This document shows positions 46,990-56,426 of a DNA stretch of 58,435 bases, piece by piece (the stretch's first letter is position 1; every line of letters begins with the position of its first letter). The notes beneath the pieces are model-generated. The model saw only the letters and a program-made list of their open reading frames with translations, did no database searches and was not told where the DNA came from. A program made the position numbers and the translations under genes. This stretch comes from Abditibacteriaceae bacterium (GTDB taxonomy: Bacteria > Armatimonadota > Abditibacteriia > Abditibacteriales > Abditibacteriaceae). Where the stretch lies: positions 1 through 58,435 of the forward strand of contig JANPJS010000114.1 of NCBI GenBank assembly GCA_031425655.1, given 5' to 3'.

Positions 46990-48498
46990 GTGAGTGCGAA
47001 ATTGCGTGATTTCTGGGAAGCCCTGCCATTGCCGTCAACGCGATTGACCGTTTGGGTGGCGTTGGGCGCGATTTGGTGGATAGCCGCGTCAGTCATCGGC
47101 GAATTTCGCGTGGTGGCGCTACTTTATAATCTGATTTTGCTTTTGATCGCGCTCTTGGATTTGGCGTTGTCGCCCGGCCCACGCGCTTTTGAAATCGAAC
47201 GCGAAGTCGAGCCGAAGATGAATCTCGGCGTAGCCAACGCGGTGACTTTACACGCTCACAGCCGCGCCGCACGCGCGGTGCAATTGACCGTGCGCGACGA
47301 ACCGCCCGCCGCATGGCCGGTTACCACGCCGGACATTCAACGCGAAACCACGCCCGAAGCGGCGTTGCCGGGCATGGCGGCCCCGCCGGTTGCGCGCGTG
47401 ATTTTGCATTTGCCCGCGATGCGCGGCGTGGTGCCGCCGGATGCGAGCGCGGTTTATCATGTCACGCCGGTTCGACGCGGCGATTACGCTTTCGGCGCGC
47501 TTTCGGCGCGCTATGCTACGGTTTTGGGCCTGTGGCAGCGTCAATTTCGCCGCTCGGCGCCGCTGAAGGTGCGCGTTTATCCCGACACCAGCGAAGTGCG
47601 GCGCTACGAACTGCGCCTGCGTCAGGGACGCCTGCGCGATTTAGGTTTGCATTTGACACGTTTTCGCGGCAGCGGCACCGAATTCGAGAGCTTGCGCGAT
47701 TATTCGCGCGACGACGAGTTCAAAAGCATCAACTGGAAAGCCTCGGCGCGGCAAGGGCGCCTCATCGCTACCGATTTTGAAATCGAGCGCGACCAAACCA
47801 TCATCATCGCGCTGGATTGTGGCCGCATGATGACGGCGATGGCGACGGTGCGGAGGGATGAGGGCGGAGGGATGAGGGATGAAGATTCGTCCGCAATTTC
47901 ATCCCTCATCCCTCATCCCTCATCCCTGACTTTGCTCTCCAAGCTCGACTGCGCCATCAACGCGACTGTCCTGCTGGCGCACGTTTCGGCTTCGATGGGC
48001 GATGCCGTCGGCGTGCTGTTGTTTTCGGATACCGTGCTGCGATGGCTGCCGCCGCGCAAAGGGCGAGGCCAAACCGGCGCCATTATCGAGGCGCTTTACG
48101 CGGCGCAGCCATCGCTCGTCGAGCCGGATTACGCGGCGGCTTACGAATATTTGCTGACGCGCCGGATGCGCCGCGCCTTAGTCGTCACTTTTACCGATTT
48201 GATTGATCCCGACGCTTCGCGCGAATTGTTAGGCGCCAGCGCCGCGCTGCGACGCCATCACCATCCGCTGTGCGTGACGATCAACAACCGCGACGTGATG
48301 GATTTAGCCGCGACTTTGCCCCACGACACCGGGCAGCTTTACGGCAAAGCGATGGCGCAAAAGATGTTGCGGCAGCACGGCGGCGCTCTTGAAGCCCTGC
48401 GCCATCACGGCGTCGGTATTCTCGATGTCGAAGCATCGCAACTGACCGTGGCGACCGTTAATCGCTATCTCGATTTGAAAAGTCGCGGCGCTCTTTAA
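46990..48498 (+). CDS. DUF58 family (vWA-like) protein
   Basis: RRGDY.FG, VRVYP, GTEFESLRDY..DD...INWKASAR, LDCGRMM, VVTFTDL; start approximate (GTG). Confidence 0.88.
   Translation: MSAKLRDFWEALPLPSTRLTVWVALGAIWWIAASVIGEFRVVALLYNLILLLIALLDLALSPGPRAFEIEREVEPKMNLGVANAVTLHAHSRAARAVQLTVRDEPPAAWPVTTPDIQRETTPEAALPGMAAPPVARVILHLPAMRGVVPPDASAVYHVTPVRRGDYAFGALSARYATVLGLWQRQFRRSAPLKVRVYPDTSEVRRYELRLRQGRLRDLGLHLTRFRGSGTEFESLRDYSRDDEFKSINWKASARQGRLIATDFEIERDQTIIIALDCGRMMTAMATVRRDEGGGMRDEDSSAISSLIPHPSSLTLLSKLDCAINATVLLAHVSASMGDAVGVLLFSDTVLRWLPPRKGRGQTGAIIEALYAAQPSLVEPDYAAAYEYLLTRRMRRALVVTFTDLIDPDASRELLGASAALRRHHHPLCVTINNRDVMDLAATLPHDTGQLYGKAMAQKMLRQHGGALEALRHHGVGILDVEASQLTVATVNRYLDLKSRGAL
47851..47927. 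repeat. 7-mer inverted array inserted in frame in the DUF58 gene
   Basis: GGAGGGATGAGGGCGGAGGGATGAGGGATGAA...TTCATCCCTCATCCCTCATCCCTCATCCCT, read as RRDEGGGMRDEDSSAISSLIPHPSSL. Confidence 0.85.
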
Positions 48499-48501
48499 GC
48501 T

Positions 48502-49938
48502 ATGAAGCGCGAAACGCAGCAGGCCATCGGCGAGGCGATGCTTCAGCAGCTCAGCGAGCGCATCAACGAACGCATGGGCTTGCATTTCGTGCCCGAACGC
48601 TGGGGCGACCTCGAACGCGGCCTGCGCCACGCAGCGCGCGACTTCGGATTTGAGGGCGCAGATGCCGCCCGCCAATGCGCCGCGTGGCTGCTGAACGCGC
48701 CGCTGCTGCCGGCGCAGATTGACACTCTGGCGCGTCATTTAACCATTGGCGAAACCTATTTTTTCCGAGACCCGGCGGTTTTCGAGGCTTTGCGGCGCCA
48801 TGTTTTGCCGGAATTAATCCGTGTGCGTCGTGAGCGCGGCGAAAAAACGCTGCGCTTCTGGAGCGCGGCCTGCTGCACCGGCGAAGAACCGTATTCACTG
48901 GCGATTTTGCTGATGCAGACGTTGCCCGACCTCCTGCCCGACTGGCGCCAATGGCGGATTTCGATTTTGGGCACTGATCTCAACCCATATTTCTTGCAAA
49001 AGGCGCGGTCCGGCGTTTACACCCCGTGGTCGTTCCGCGATGCCGCACGCGATGAACAAGACCGTTTTTTTACCAAAACCCCGGCAGGATTTGAAATCAA
49101 AGACGAAATCCGGCACATGGTGAAATTCGCCGCGCTCAATTTTATAACCGACGAATTTCCGTCGCTCCATAATGGAACCAACGCGCAAGACTTCATTTTC
49201 TGTCGCAATGTGTTGATGTATTTCCAGAAAGATCAAGCGCGTTCCATAGTCGAGAAACTGATGCGCTGCTTGGTCGCAGACGGCTTTTTGGCGCCCAGCG
49301 CCAGTGAAGTGTCGGCGCAATTGTTTGCGCCGCTGCAAACAGTGAATTGGCCGGGCGCGCTGTTTTATCGCCGCACGAATACTAATACGCCGTCGCTGGC
49401 CATGCCAAGCCAAATTGCCTTCCGAAAGCCGGCGCCGCGCGTGAAACCAACGCCAAAGCCCGCCGTCGCGCGACCAACGCCGGCTTCTCAACCGCCGCTT
49501 CGTGCCGCAGTTTCAGAAACACCAAAGGACGACCCACAAGCGTGGCACGAAAGCGCGCGGCGCTGCGCCAACTTGGGCCAGCTCGACGAAGCGTTGCGCT
49601 GGTGCGACCGCGCCATCGCGGCGGAAAAAATGAACGCGCGCCATCACTATTTGCGCGCCTCGATTTTAATGGAGCAATCCGGCACAATGAGCGATAGCGA
49701 AGCCGAGCAATCGCTGCGACGCACTATTTATTTAGAGCCGGATTTTGCTTTAGCCCATTTCGCGCTCGGCAACATGGCACGGCGCCGGGGCGATGCCACA
49801 GTGGCGCAAAAATCGTGGACGACGGCTTTGGATTTGTTGGAAGAGGCCGATCCGCAAACGCAATTGCCCGAATCCGAGGCACTCACCGCCGGGCATTTAG
49901 CCGCGATCATCAAGCAAGCGTTGGCAGAGTTGAAGTAG
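48502..49938 (+). CDS. CheR-type methyltransferase with C-terminal TPRs
   Basis: TIGETYFFRD, WSAACCTGEEPYSLA, GTDL, IFCRNVLMYF; TPR tail. Confidence 0.92.
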   Translation: MKRETQQAIGEAMLQQLSERINERMGLHFVPERWGDLERGLRHAARDFGFEGADAARQCAAWLLNAPLLPAQIDTLARHLTIGETYFFRDPAVFEALRRHVLPELIRVRRERGEKTLRFWSAACCTGEEPYSLAILLMQTLPDLLPDWRQWRISILGTDLNPYFLQKARSGVYTPWSFRDAARDEQDRFFTKTPAGFEIKDEIRHMVKFAALNFITDEFPSLHNGTNAQDFIFCRNVLMYFQKDQARSIVEKLMRCLVADGFLAPSASEVSAQLFAPLQTVNWPGALFYRRTNTNTPSLAMPSQIAFRKPAPRVKPTPKPAVARPTPASQPPLRAAVSETPKDDPQAWHESARRCANLGQLDEALRWCDRAIAAEKMNARHHYLRASILMEQSGTMSDSEAEQSLRRTIYLEPDFALAHFALGNMARRRGDATVAQKSWTTALDLLEEADPQTQLPESEALTAGHLAAIIKQALAELK

Positions 49939-50007
49939 CCGAAGTTGCACCATCGGCGGCGGGACTGCTACACTGCGTTTGCTTTACAGAAGGGAGATTT
50001 AAAAATC

Positions 50008-50259
50008 ATGGCTAATCGTTGTGAAATTACCGGCAAATCGCCGATGGTGGGACATAATGTTTCGCATTCTATGCGCCACACCAAGCGCCGTCAGATGCCG
50101 AACCTGCAAACCAAACGCATCTGGGTGCCCGAAGAAGGCCGTTTCGTGCGTATGAAAATTTCGACCACGGCCATCAAGGCCATCACGCGCAACGGTGCCA
50201 GCGTCATGCTCGCCAAAGCCAAACGGCGTGCCTTGACCGCTCGCAAACCCGGCAGCTAA
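50008..50259 (+). CDS. rpmB: 50S ribosomal protein L28
   Basis: MANRCEITGK.PMVGHNVSHS..HTKRRQMPNLQ. Confidence 0.95.
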   Translation: MANRCEITGKSPMVGHNVSHSMRHTKRRQMPNLQTKRIWVPEEGRFVRMKISTTAIKAITRNGASVMLAKAKRRALTARKPGS

Positions 50260-50272
50260 ATCGGAATTCAAC

Positions 50273-50307
50273 AAAAAACGCCAGAGCAAATTGCTCTGGC
50301 GTTTTTT
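50273..50307 (+). terminator. Intrinsic terminator
   Basis: AAAAAACGCCAGAGCAA-A-TTGCTCTGGCGTTTTTT. Confidence 0.85.
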
Positions 50308-50343
50308 GTTTCTCCTGTTTGTTTCTCATACTGCGCGCTGCAA

Positions 50344-50666
50344 TTATAGCGGTTCCGGTTAGCGTGTTCCAGGCGGGGCTGACGCCCAATGGCATTAAGT
50401 TAAGGCGTTCCGACGTGTAGTTCCTCCCCTGTGGGGGAGGTTAGGTGGGGGTTGACGGCGGCACAGCCGCCGTCCTGCCCTCCCTCAATCACCTGCCCAA
50501 AGGGCGCCCGCGGAGGGAGGGAAGCTACGTTTCGCAATCCCTCAACTTAATGCCATTGGGCTGACGCCCTCTTCCAATCTCGATAATCAAACTCGATTGG
50601 AAGAGGGCGCCAGCCCCGCCAAAACAGCAACTGCCAAGTGGAACACCTCAATCGGAACCGCTATAA
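50344..50666. mobile_element. Outer MITE with ~28-bp imperfect TIRs (TA-flanked, IS630-like)
   Basis: TTATAGCGGTTCCGGTTAGCGTGTTCCA / TGGAACACCTCAATCGGAACCGCTATAA. Confidence 0.72.
50387..50558. mobile_element. Inner MITE (IS4-like ends) with 10-bp target duplication
   Basis: TIR CAATGGCATTAAGTT(A/G)AGG; GGCTGACGCC at 50377-50386 and 50559-50568. Confidence 0.85.
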
Positions 50667-50716
50667 GCCAAAAGCACAGCGCACTGCGAAATTTCGCGGC
50701 GCGCTTTTGTTATGGC

Positions 50717-51112
50717 TTATTTCGGCTTGCTGGCGTGGCTCTTTTTCATTTCGACGAGAAGTTGTTCCAGCAATTCAATCTGGCGTTGCTGTTGTTTCAT
50801 GGCAAAAGTCGCCTGCAAAACTTCGCGGCGGTCGCCTGCGGGTTCGGCGTTGAAATCCATGTCCCACGTCCTTTGAATCACCGCATCGGTCAATTTCGCA
50901 TCGCCGGCGGCTTCGTTGAGCAAGCGAATCACTTTGGAGTGATGGTTTTGCTTAACAGCGGCCCCCAAATCGGCCTGAAACGCCTGATAAGCGGGATCAA
51001 CGACCGGCGCCGGCGGTGGCGCAGCGAGTCGCGCCGGTTGCGCGGTCAAATGCCCAACGGTAAAGGCGCTGAGGACTCCAGCGGTTACAACGATGAATTT
51101 CGTGTGTTTCAT
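50717..51112 (-). CDS. Small exported hypothetical protein
   Basis: GGGAG RBS, N-terminal hydrophobic segment, Pro linker, helical C-terminus. Confidence 0.65.
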   Translation of the reverse strand: MKHTKFIVVTAGVLSAFTVGHLTAQPARLAAPPPAPVVDPAYQAFQADLGAAVKQNHHSKVIRLLNEAAGDAKLTDAVIQRTWDMDFNAEPAGDRREVLQATFAMKQQQRQIELLEQLLVEMKKSHASKPK

Positions 51113-51185
51113 TAGTTCTCCCAGCACTCGATTATAGCGAAAACATTTTGGCTTATCGCAACGGCGTCCGAGCCTGCGCAACAAA

Positions 51186-51215
51186 AAAATCGCAGCGATG
51201 AATCGCTGCGATTTT
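51186..51215 (-). terminator. Intrinsic terminator after glf
   Basis: AAAATCGCAGCGAT-GA-ATCGCTGCGATTTT with T-run on the minus strand. Confidence 0.75.
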
Positions 51216-51237
51216 AATCGTAAGCACGAAAGTTTGG

Positions 51238-52425
51238 TTACTTCACCGGAGTTGCAACGCTGCCATTGACATTACCGGTCGCGTGCGCTAATTTCGAGGC
51301 TTTGGCGCCGCCGTCCCAGCGCGACTTGATTTTCGAGTAAACCGCCAGCGCCTGGGCCGTGACTTGATCCATATTGTAGTATTTGTAAGTCGCCAGACGG
51401 CCCACAAAATACACGCCCGGCGTTTGCTCGGCAAGCTGCTGATATTGTTTGTAAAGCGCAGCGTTCTTTGGCTGCGGCACCGGATAATACGGATCGCCTT
51501 CGGCGCGCGGATATTCGTAAACCAGCGTGCTTTTGGCGTGTTCCTGCCCGGTCAAGTGCTTGAATTCGGTCACGCGCGTGTAAAGCTGATCGTTGGGATA
51601 ATTGATGACGGCGATGGGCTGCACTTGCTTTTCGTCGCGCGTTTCAAAGTGAAAGTGCAGCGAGCGATACGGCAGCTTGCCAAAGCGATAATCAAAGTAT
51701 TCGTCCACCGGCCCGGTGTAGATAATCTCTTTGTAAGGCACGAAATCTCTCACGTCGCGGTAATCGCAATTCAGCAAAACATGAATGTTCGGATGATCGA
51801 GCATTTTCTCGAACATTCGCGTGTAGCCGAACTGCGGCATCGCTTGATAGGTGTCGCCGAAATAACGGTCGTCGCGATTGGTGCGCGTCGGCACGCGTGA
51901 CGTGACCGAAGCATCTAATTCCGAAGGATCAAGTCCCCATTGCTTGCGCGTATAGTTGCGAAAGAACTTTTCATACAATTCGCGCCCGACGCGATTCACG
52001 ACAACATCTTCCGAGGTGCGAATCGGGTCGCGCTTTTCCGCGACGGAGGCGAAAAACTCTTCGACTTGCATCGAAGTGAGACTGAGGCCGTAAAGTGTAT
52101 TAATCGTGTCGAGATTGATGGGAATCGGCACTAATTTGCCGTCCACGCTGGCCAAAACCCGATGTTCGTATGGCCGCCATGCCGTAAATTGCGACAGGTA
52201 TTCAAAGACCTCGCGCGAATTGGTGTGAAAAATGTGCGGGCCGTATTTGTGAATCAAAATCCCGGCGTCGTTGTAGCAATCGTAGGCGTTGCCGGCGATG
52301 TGTGGCCGCTTATCGCACAGCAACACTTTTTTGTTACCGTCGCGCGCCAACCGCTCGGCCAAGACACTGCCCGCATAACCAGCACCGACGATCAGAAAAT
52401 CATACATTTGTGTTCTCTCTTCCAT
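51238..52425 (-). CDS. glf: UDP-galactopyranose mutase
   Basis: IVGAGYAG, HKYGPHIFHT, LPYRSL, PYYP, GRLATYKYYNMDQ. Confidence 0.96.
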   Translation of the reverse strand: MEERTQMYDFLIVGAGYAGSVLAERLARDGNKKVLLCDKRPHIAGNAYDCYNDAGILIHKYGPHIFHTNSREVFEYLSQFTAWRPYEHRVLASVDGKLVPIPINLDTINTLYGLSLTSMQVEEFFASVAEKRDPIRTSEDVVVNRVGRELYEKFFRNYTRKQWGLDPSELDASVTSRVPTRTNRDDRYFGDTYQAMPQFGYTRMFEKMLDHPNIHVLLNCDYRDVRDFVPYKEIIYTGPVDEYFDYRFGKLPYRSLHFHFETRDEKQVQPIAVINYPNDQLYTRVTEFKHLTGQEHAKSTLVYEYPRAEGDPYYPVPQPKNAALYKQYQQLAEQTPGVYFVGRLATYKYYNMDQVTAQALAVYSKIKSRWDGGAKASKLAHATGNVNGSVATPVK

Positions 52426-53793
52426 TCACGCCATCGCCGGAACTCGCACGCCGGATGCGGTGCCGTTTTCTTCTTTGGCCGCGCGCAGTTTGATTATTTG
52501 AGCATCAGAAGCCGCTTGCGCTTCACGTTTTATGTTCACAGCCTCAGCGATATGAGCCTCAAGTTTGGCAACAATCGCTTCCCATGTGTTCTGCTTGGCC
52601 ATCAGTAAACCGCGCGCAACGGCGGCTAAGTCGCGTTTGGCGATTTCCTCCGCGCATAAATCGAGAAAATCGCGGCTGTCGCGCGAAATCTTGACGACTT
52701 CGCCGAAGTTGGTAACGACATCGGGAACAGGCGTCGAAATAATCGGCTTTCCCGCCGCCATGTATTCCAATGCTTTGGTCGGATTGATATATTCGGTTGC
52801 TTCGTTGAGCGCGAAGGGCATCAGGCACACGTCGAAGGCTTTGGTATAGGCCGGAAGCTGCGAATAATCGCGGCCACCAAGCCAGGTCAGATTCGGCGCC
52901 TGCGGTAAATCTTTCGGGTCAACTTTGCAAACCGGGCCGACCATCACGATGTTCCAATCGGGATTCTTTTCGGCCAATTTTGCAATCAATTCGTAATCCA
53001 AGCGCTCATCTACCACGCCGAAATAACCAAGAATCGGGGTATGCAAATGAGCAATATCGCCGGGAATAAGGGTTCCCCCGTCGCGGGCTTTGCCGAAGTG
53101 CGCCACGTCTACGCCGCAGCCATAAAAGTGACAATTGTCGTTGAAACGCTGCTTCGATTCCTTCATTTTGCGGCCACCGGCGAAAACCACGTCGGCGCGG
53201 GCCAATAAATCGCGTTCGCGCTTGACGATTTCGGGCGGCGCGAATTTGAACTGCGAAAGCTCGTCCATGCAATCGTAAACGGTGGCGATTTCGTCAAAAT
53301 ACCCAGCGTGTGCCGCAACAGCCATCGGGTCGTAAAACCACTGCACCGGAGCCTCAAATTGGCCCGCCAACGGCCCGTCAAGAGCTTCTTTCAACAAGCG
53401 TCGCCGCTCGGAATCCACCCATGCAGCGTCGCCAAAACGCGCCGCCGGAAACACGGTGTGCATGATGGTGATATTAGGATAATTCGGCTCGGAACGCAGC
53501 ACGAAGCAAGGTTCCGTCTCTTCCTCGGTTAAATGCGGCCCTTCGACGACTAAAATGCGATGCTTTTGCGAAAAACGCGACAAAAACTGCTGCGGGCGCT
53601 GCCAAACCCAGTCCCAGCGCAAATGCAAATGAACAATGATCGGATAATCGAGGCGCCCGGAGCGACGTTTATGCTCGAACCTGTTAGCGCTATCGCGCGC
53701 GAATCTCTCAGAGAGATGCGAAACCTGAGAAAAGTTGTGAGAATTTTCGGTGGTCTTACCGAGACGTGGCAAAGAATTTTCGACAGATGACAT
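52426..53793 (-). CDS. Glycosyltransferase (GT4/GT-B)
   Basis: HLRWDWVWQRPQQ, YDCMDELS, GVVDERLD, INPTKALEYMAAGKP. Confidence 0.9.
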   Translation of the reverse strand: MSSVENSLPRLGKTTENSHNFSQVSHLSERFARDSANRFEHKRRSGRLDYPIIVHLHLRWDWVWQRPQQFLSRFSQKHRILVVEGPHLTEEETEPCFVLRSEPNYPNITIMHTVFPAARFGDAAWVDSERRRLLKEALDGPLAGQFEAPVQWFYDPMAVAAHAGYFDEIATVYDCMDELSQFKFAPPEIVKRERDLLARADVVFAGGRKMKESKQRFNDNCHFYGCGVDVAHFGKARDGGTLIPGDIAHLHTPILGYFGVVDERLDYELIAKLAEKNPDWNIVMVGPVCKVDPKDLPQAPNLTWLGGRDYSQLPAYTKAFDVCLMPFALNEATEYINPTKALEYMAAGKPIISTPVPDVVTNFGEVVKISRDSRDFLDLCAEEIAKRDLAAVARGLLMAKQNTWEAIVAKLEAHIAEAVNIKREAQAASDAQIIKLRAAKEENGTASGVRVPAMA

Positions 53794-54037
53794 AATGACT
53801 CGCTTTGCGCCGTGCGAGAATTGCGCGGCTTAAAATAGGGAGAACGGAAACTCCGATAGCTTGACAATCGAAGTGCATAAAATGGTAGAACAAACGGCGT
53901 GCCATACCGGGCAGTTACACGACTTTTTGCACCGATTGTGTGCGCGATGAAACCTTATAACAGTTCTTTCTTTCCCTAAAAACCATCGCGCTAAATGCTT
54001 CGCTGTGACATGACCAACCTGCCAAACTGGGAACGCT

Positions 54038-55000
54038 ATGAACTCAATTTCAATGGATGTCGTGACTTTCGGCGAAGCGATGGCGCTGTTTCAACCGCTC
54101 GGCGATAAAAATTTAGCGCACGCGCCGCTGCTGACCAAAAGCGTGGCCGGCGCCGAATCGAATTTGGCGATTGCTTTATCGCGTCTGGGCAAGAAAACGC
54201 GCTGGATTTCGCGCGTGGGCAACGATCCTTTCGGCGATATCGTGCTAAAAGCCATCGCAGGCGAAGGCGTGGATGTTTCACAGGTCGAGCGTGATGAATC
54301 GGCGCCCACCGGCATCTTTTTTCGGCAAATTCACGCGCATTTCGGGCCGCAGGTTTTCTATTTTCGCAGCAACTCGGCGGCATCAAAAATAAGCGCGACG
54401 GATGTGCAGGAATCGTGGTTTTCGGGCGCGCGGCATCTGCATGTCAGCGGCATTACGCCCGCGCTCAGTGCGAGTTGCCGCGAAGCCACTTTCGCCGCGC
54501 TGAAAATGGCGAAAGATATGGGATTATCTATTTCCTTCGACCCCAATTTGCGCCGCAAATTATGGAGCGAAAACGATGCGCGCGAAACGCTGCTCGCCAT
54601 GCTGCCGCTGTGCGATATATTTTTGCCGGGCCACGAAGAAGCCGAATTTCTGCTCGGTTCAGGCACGCCGCACGATTTGGCTCGCGAATGTTTGCAGCGC
54701 GGCCCGCGCCTTGTGATTATGAAGCTCGGCGAAAGTGGCTCATTGGGCGCCGCACAAGACGAAATTGTCGAGGCAGCGCCTTTCGCCATCGCACGCGTAG
54801 TTGACCCGATTGGTGCCGGAGACGCATTCGCTGCGGGCTTCTTATCGGCGTGGCTCGATGAGTTTCCGCTGCATAAGTGCTTGTCGCGAGCCAATTTAAC
54901 CGGCGCTTTGGCCACGCAATTTCACGGCGATTGGGAAGGCTTGCCGACGTTAGCTGAAGTCGAGCAAATCGAAGCCGGACAAAGCAGCATCGCGCGTTAA
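54038..55000 (+). CDS. PfkB family sugar kinase (KdgK-like)
   Basis: FGEAM, AGAESN, GITPALS, FDPNLRRKLW, DPIGAGDAFAAG. Confidence 0.92.
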   Translation: MNSISMDVVTFGEAMALFQPLGDKNLAHAPLLTKSVAGAESNLAIALSRLGKKTRWISRVGNDPFGDIVLKAIAGEGVDVSQVERDESAPTGIFFRQIHAHFGPQVFYFRSNSAASKISATDVQESWFSGARHLHVSGITPALSASCREATFAALKMAKDMGLSISFDPNLRRKLWSENDARETLLAMLPLCDIFLPGHEEAEFLLGSGTPHDLARECLQRGPRLVIMKLGESGSLGAAQDEIVEAAPFAIARVVDPIGAGDAFAAGFLSAWLDEFPLHKCLSRANLTGALATQFHGDWEGLPTLAEVEQIEAGQSSIAR

Positions 55001-55004
55001 ATCC

Positions 55005-56357
55005 ATGAATCCAACACCGATTCCGCCTCCAAAAACGGCCTTTTTGCGTCCGCCGGGGCCAAAAAAACGCTTTCCCGGCCAGTTTCTCTTGCAGCGCCGC
55101 GATATGCTGGGCTTGCTTTCGGGATTGGCGCGCGATTACGGCGACGCTGCTTTCATAGACATGGGCATCGCGCCGCTTTATTTTTTCAATCACCCGGATG
55201 CTGTGCGCGATGTGCTGCAAACGCAGTCGCATCATTTCGTGAAAAGCCGGGCGCTGGAATTCGCTAAATTGCTGCTGGGCGAAGGCTTATTGACCAGCGA
55301 AGACCCGCTGCATCGCCGCCAGCGCAAATTGATGCAGCCGGCGTTTCATCATCGCCGCGTGCAAGGCTACGCTGGAGCCATGACGCACTATACGATGCAA
55401 ATGCGAGGCAACTGGCAGCCCGGCGCGGTTGTAGACATGCACCACGAAATGATGGCGCTGACTTTAGCCGTCGTCGGAAAAACGCTTTTCAATACCGAAG
55501 TCGGACGAGAAACACAAGTCGTCGAAGATGCCATGCGCGCGATTATGCCGCTTTTTAATCGCGCGTTTCTGCCCTGGGCTGATTTACTCAATCGCTTGCC
55601 GTTGCCTGCCACGCGCCGTTTCCAGCGCGCCAAAGCCGATTTAGACCAGACCATTTATCGCATCATCGAAGAGCACAAGCGCGACGACTCCGGCGATTTG
55701 GTTTCGATGCTATTAGATGCTCACGACGAAGACGGCGCGCACATGAGCGATTTGCAGGTGCGCGACGAAGCTCTGACGATTTTTTTAGCGGGCCACGAAA
55801 CAACGGCCAACGCGCTGACTTATACGTGGTTTTTATTGGCGCAGCATCCCGAAGTCGAAGCCAAATTGCACGCCGAAGTGGACGAAGTTTTAGGCGAACG
55901 CGAAGCGACGTTTGCCGATGTCGAAAAGCTGATTTACACGCAAATGGTGTTCGCCGAAGCGATGCGCCTGTATCCACCGGCGTGGGCTTTGGGCCGCCGC
56001 GCGATTGAAGATTGCGAAGTTTTTGGCTGGGCAATTCCCCAAAATTCCATCGTTTTGGTCAGTCAATGGACGCTGCACCGCGATGCCCGCTTTTGGCCCG
56101 CCCCGCTACGATTCGACCCCGAACGATTTACGGAGGAAGCGAAAGCCGCGCGCCCGAAGTTCGCTTATTTTCCGTTTGGCAGCGGCCCGCGCACCTGCAT
56201 CGGCGAAGCGTTCGCGTGGATGGAAGGCGCCCTACTCATCGCCACGCTCGCGCAAAAATGGCGCGCTCGTTTGGTTTCCGACAAGCCTTTACAGTTGCAG
56301 CCGCTGATTACATTACGCCCGAAAAACCCGGTAATGATGCGCTTGGAACAGCGTTGA
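55005..56357 (+). CDS. Cytochrome P450
   Basis: AGHETTA, EAMRLYPP, FDPERF, FGSGPRTCIG. Confidence 0.95.
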   Translation: MNPTPIPPPKTAFLRPPGPKKRFPGQFLLQRRDMLGLLSGLARDYGDAAFIDMGIAPLYFFNHPDAVRDVLQTQSHHFVKSRALEFAKLLLGEGLLTSEDPLHRRQRKLMQPAFHHRRVQGYAGAMTHYTMQMRGNWQPGAVVDMHHEMMALTLAVVGKTLFNTEVGRETQVVEDAMRAIMPLFNRAFLPWADLLNRLPLPATRRFQRAKADLDQTIYRIIEEHKRDDSGDLVSMLLDAHDEDGAHMSDLQVRDEALTIFLAGHETTANALTYTWFLLAQHPEVEAKLHAEVDEVLGEREATFADVEKLIYTQMVFAEAMRLYPPAWALGRRAIEDCEVFGWAIPQNSIVLVSQWTLHRDARFWPAPLRFDPERFTEEAKAARPKFAYFPFGSGPRTCIGEAFAWMEGALLIATLAQKWRARLVSDKPLQLQPLITLRPKNPVMMRLEQR

Positions 56358-56426
56358 TTTTCACCACAAAAAGCGCAGAAGACACAAAAATTCACTCTCT
56401 TTTTTGTCTTACAGGCTTTGCGGATT

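Noticed and set aside
53861..53891. TTGACA promoter upstream of the sugar kinase
   Set aside because: No -10 hexamer at 16-18 bp spacing (candidates at 11 and 19 bp)
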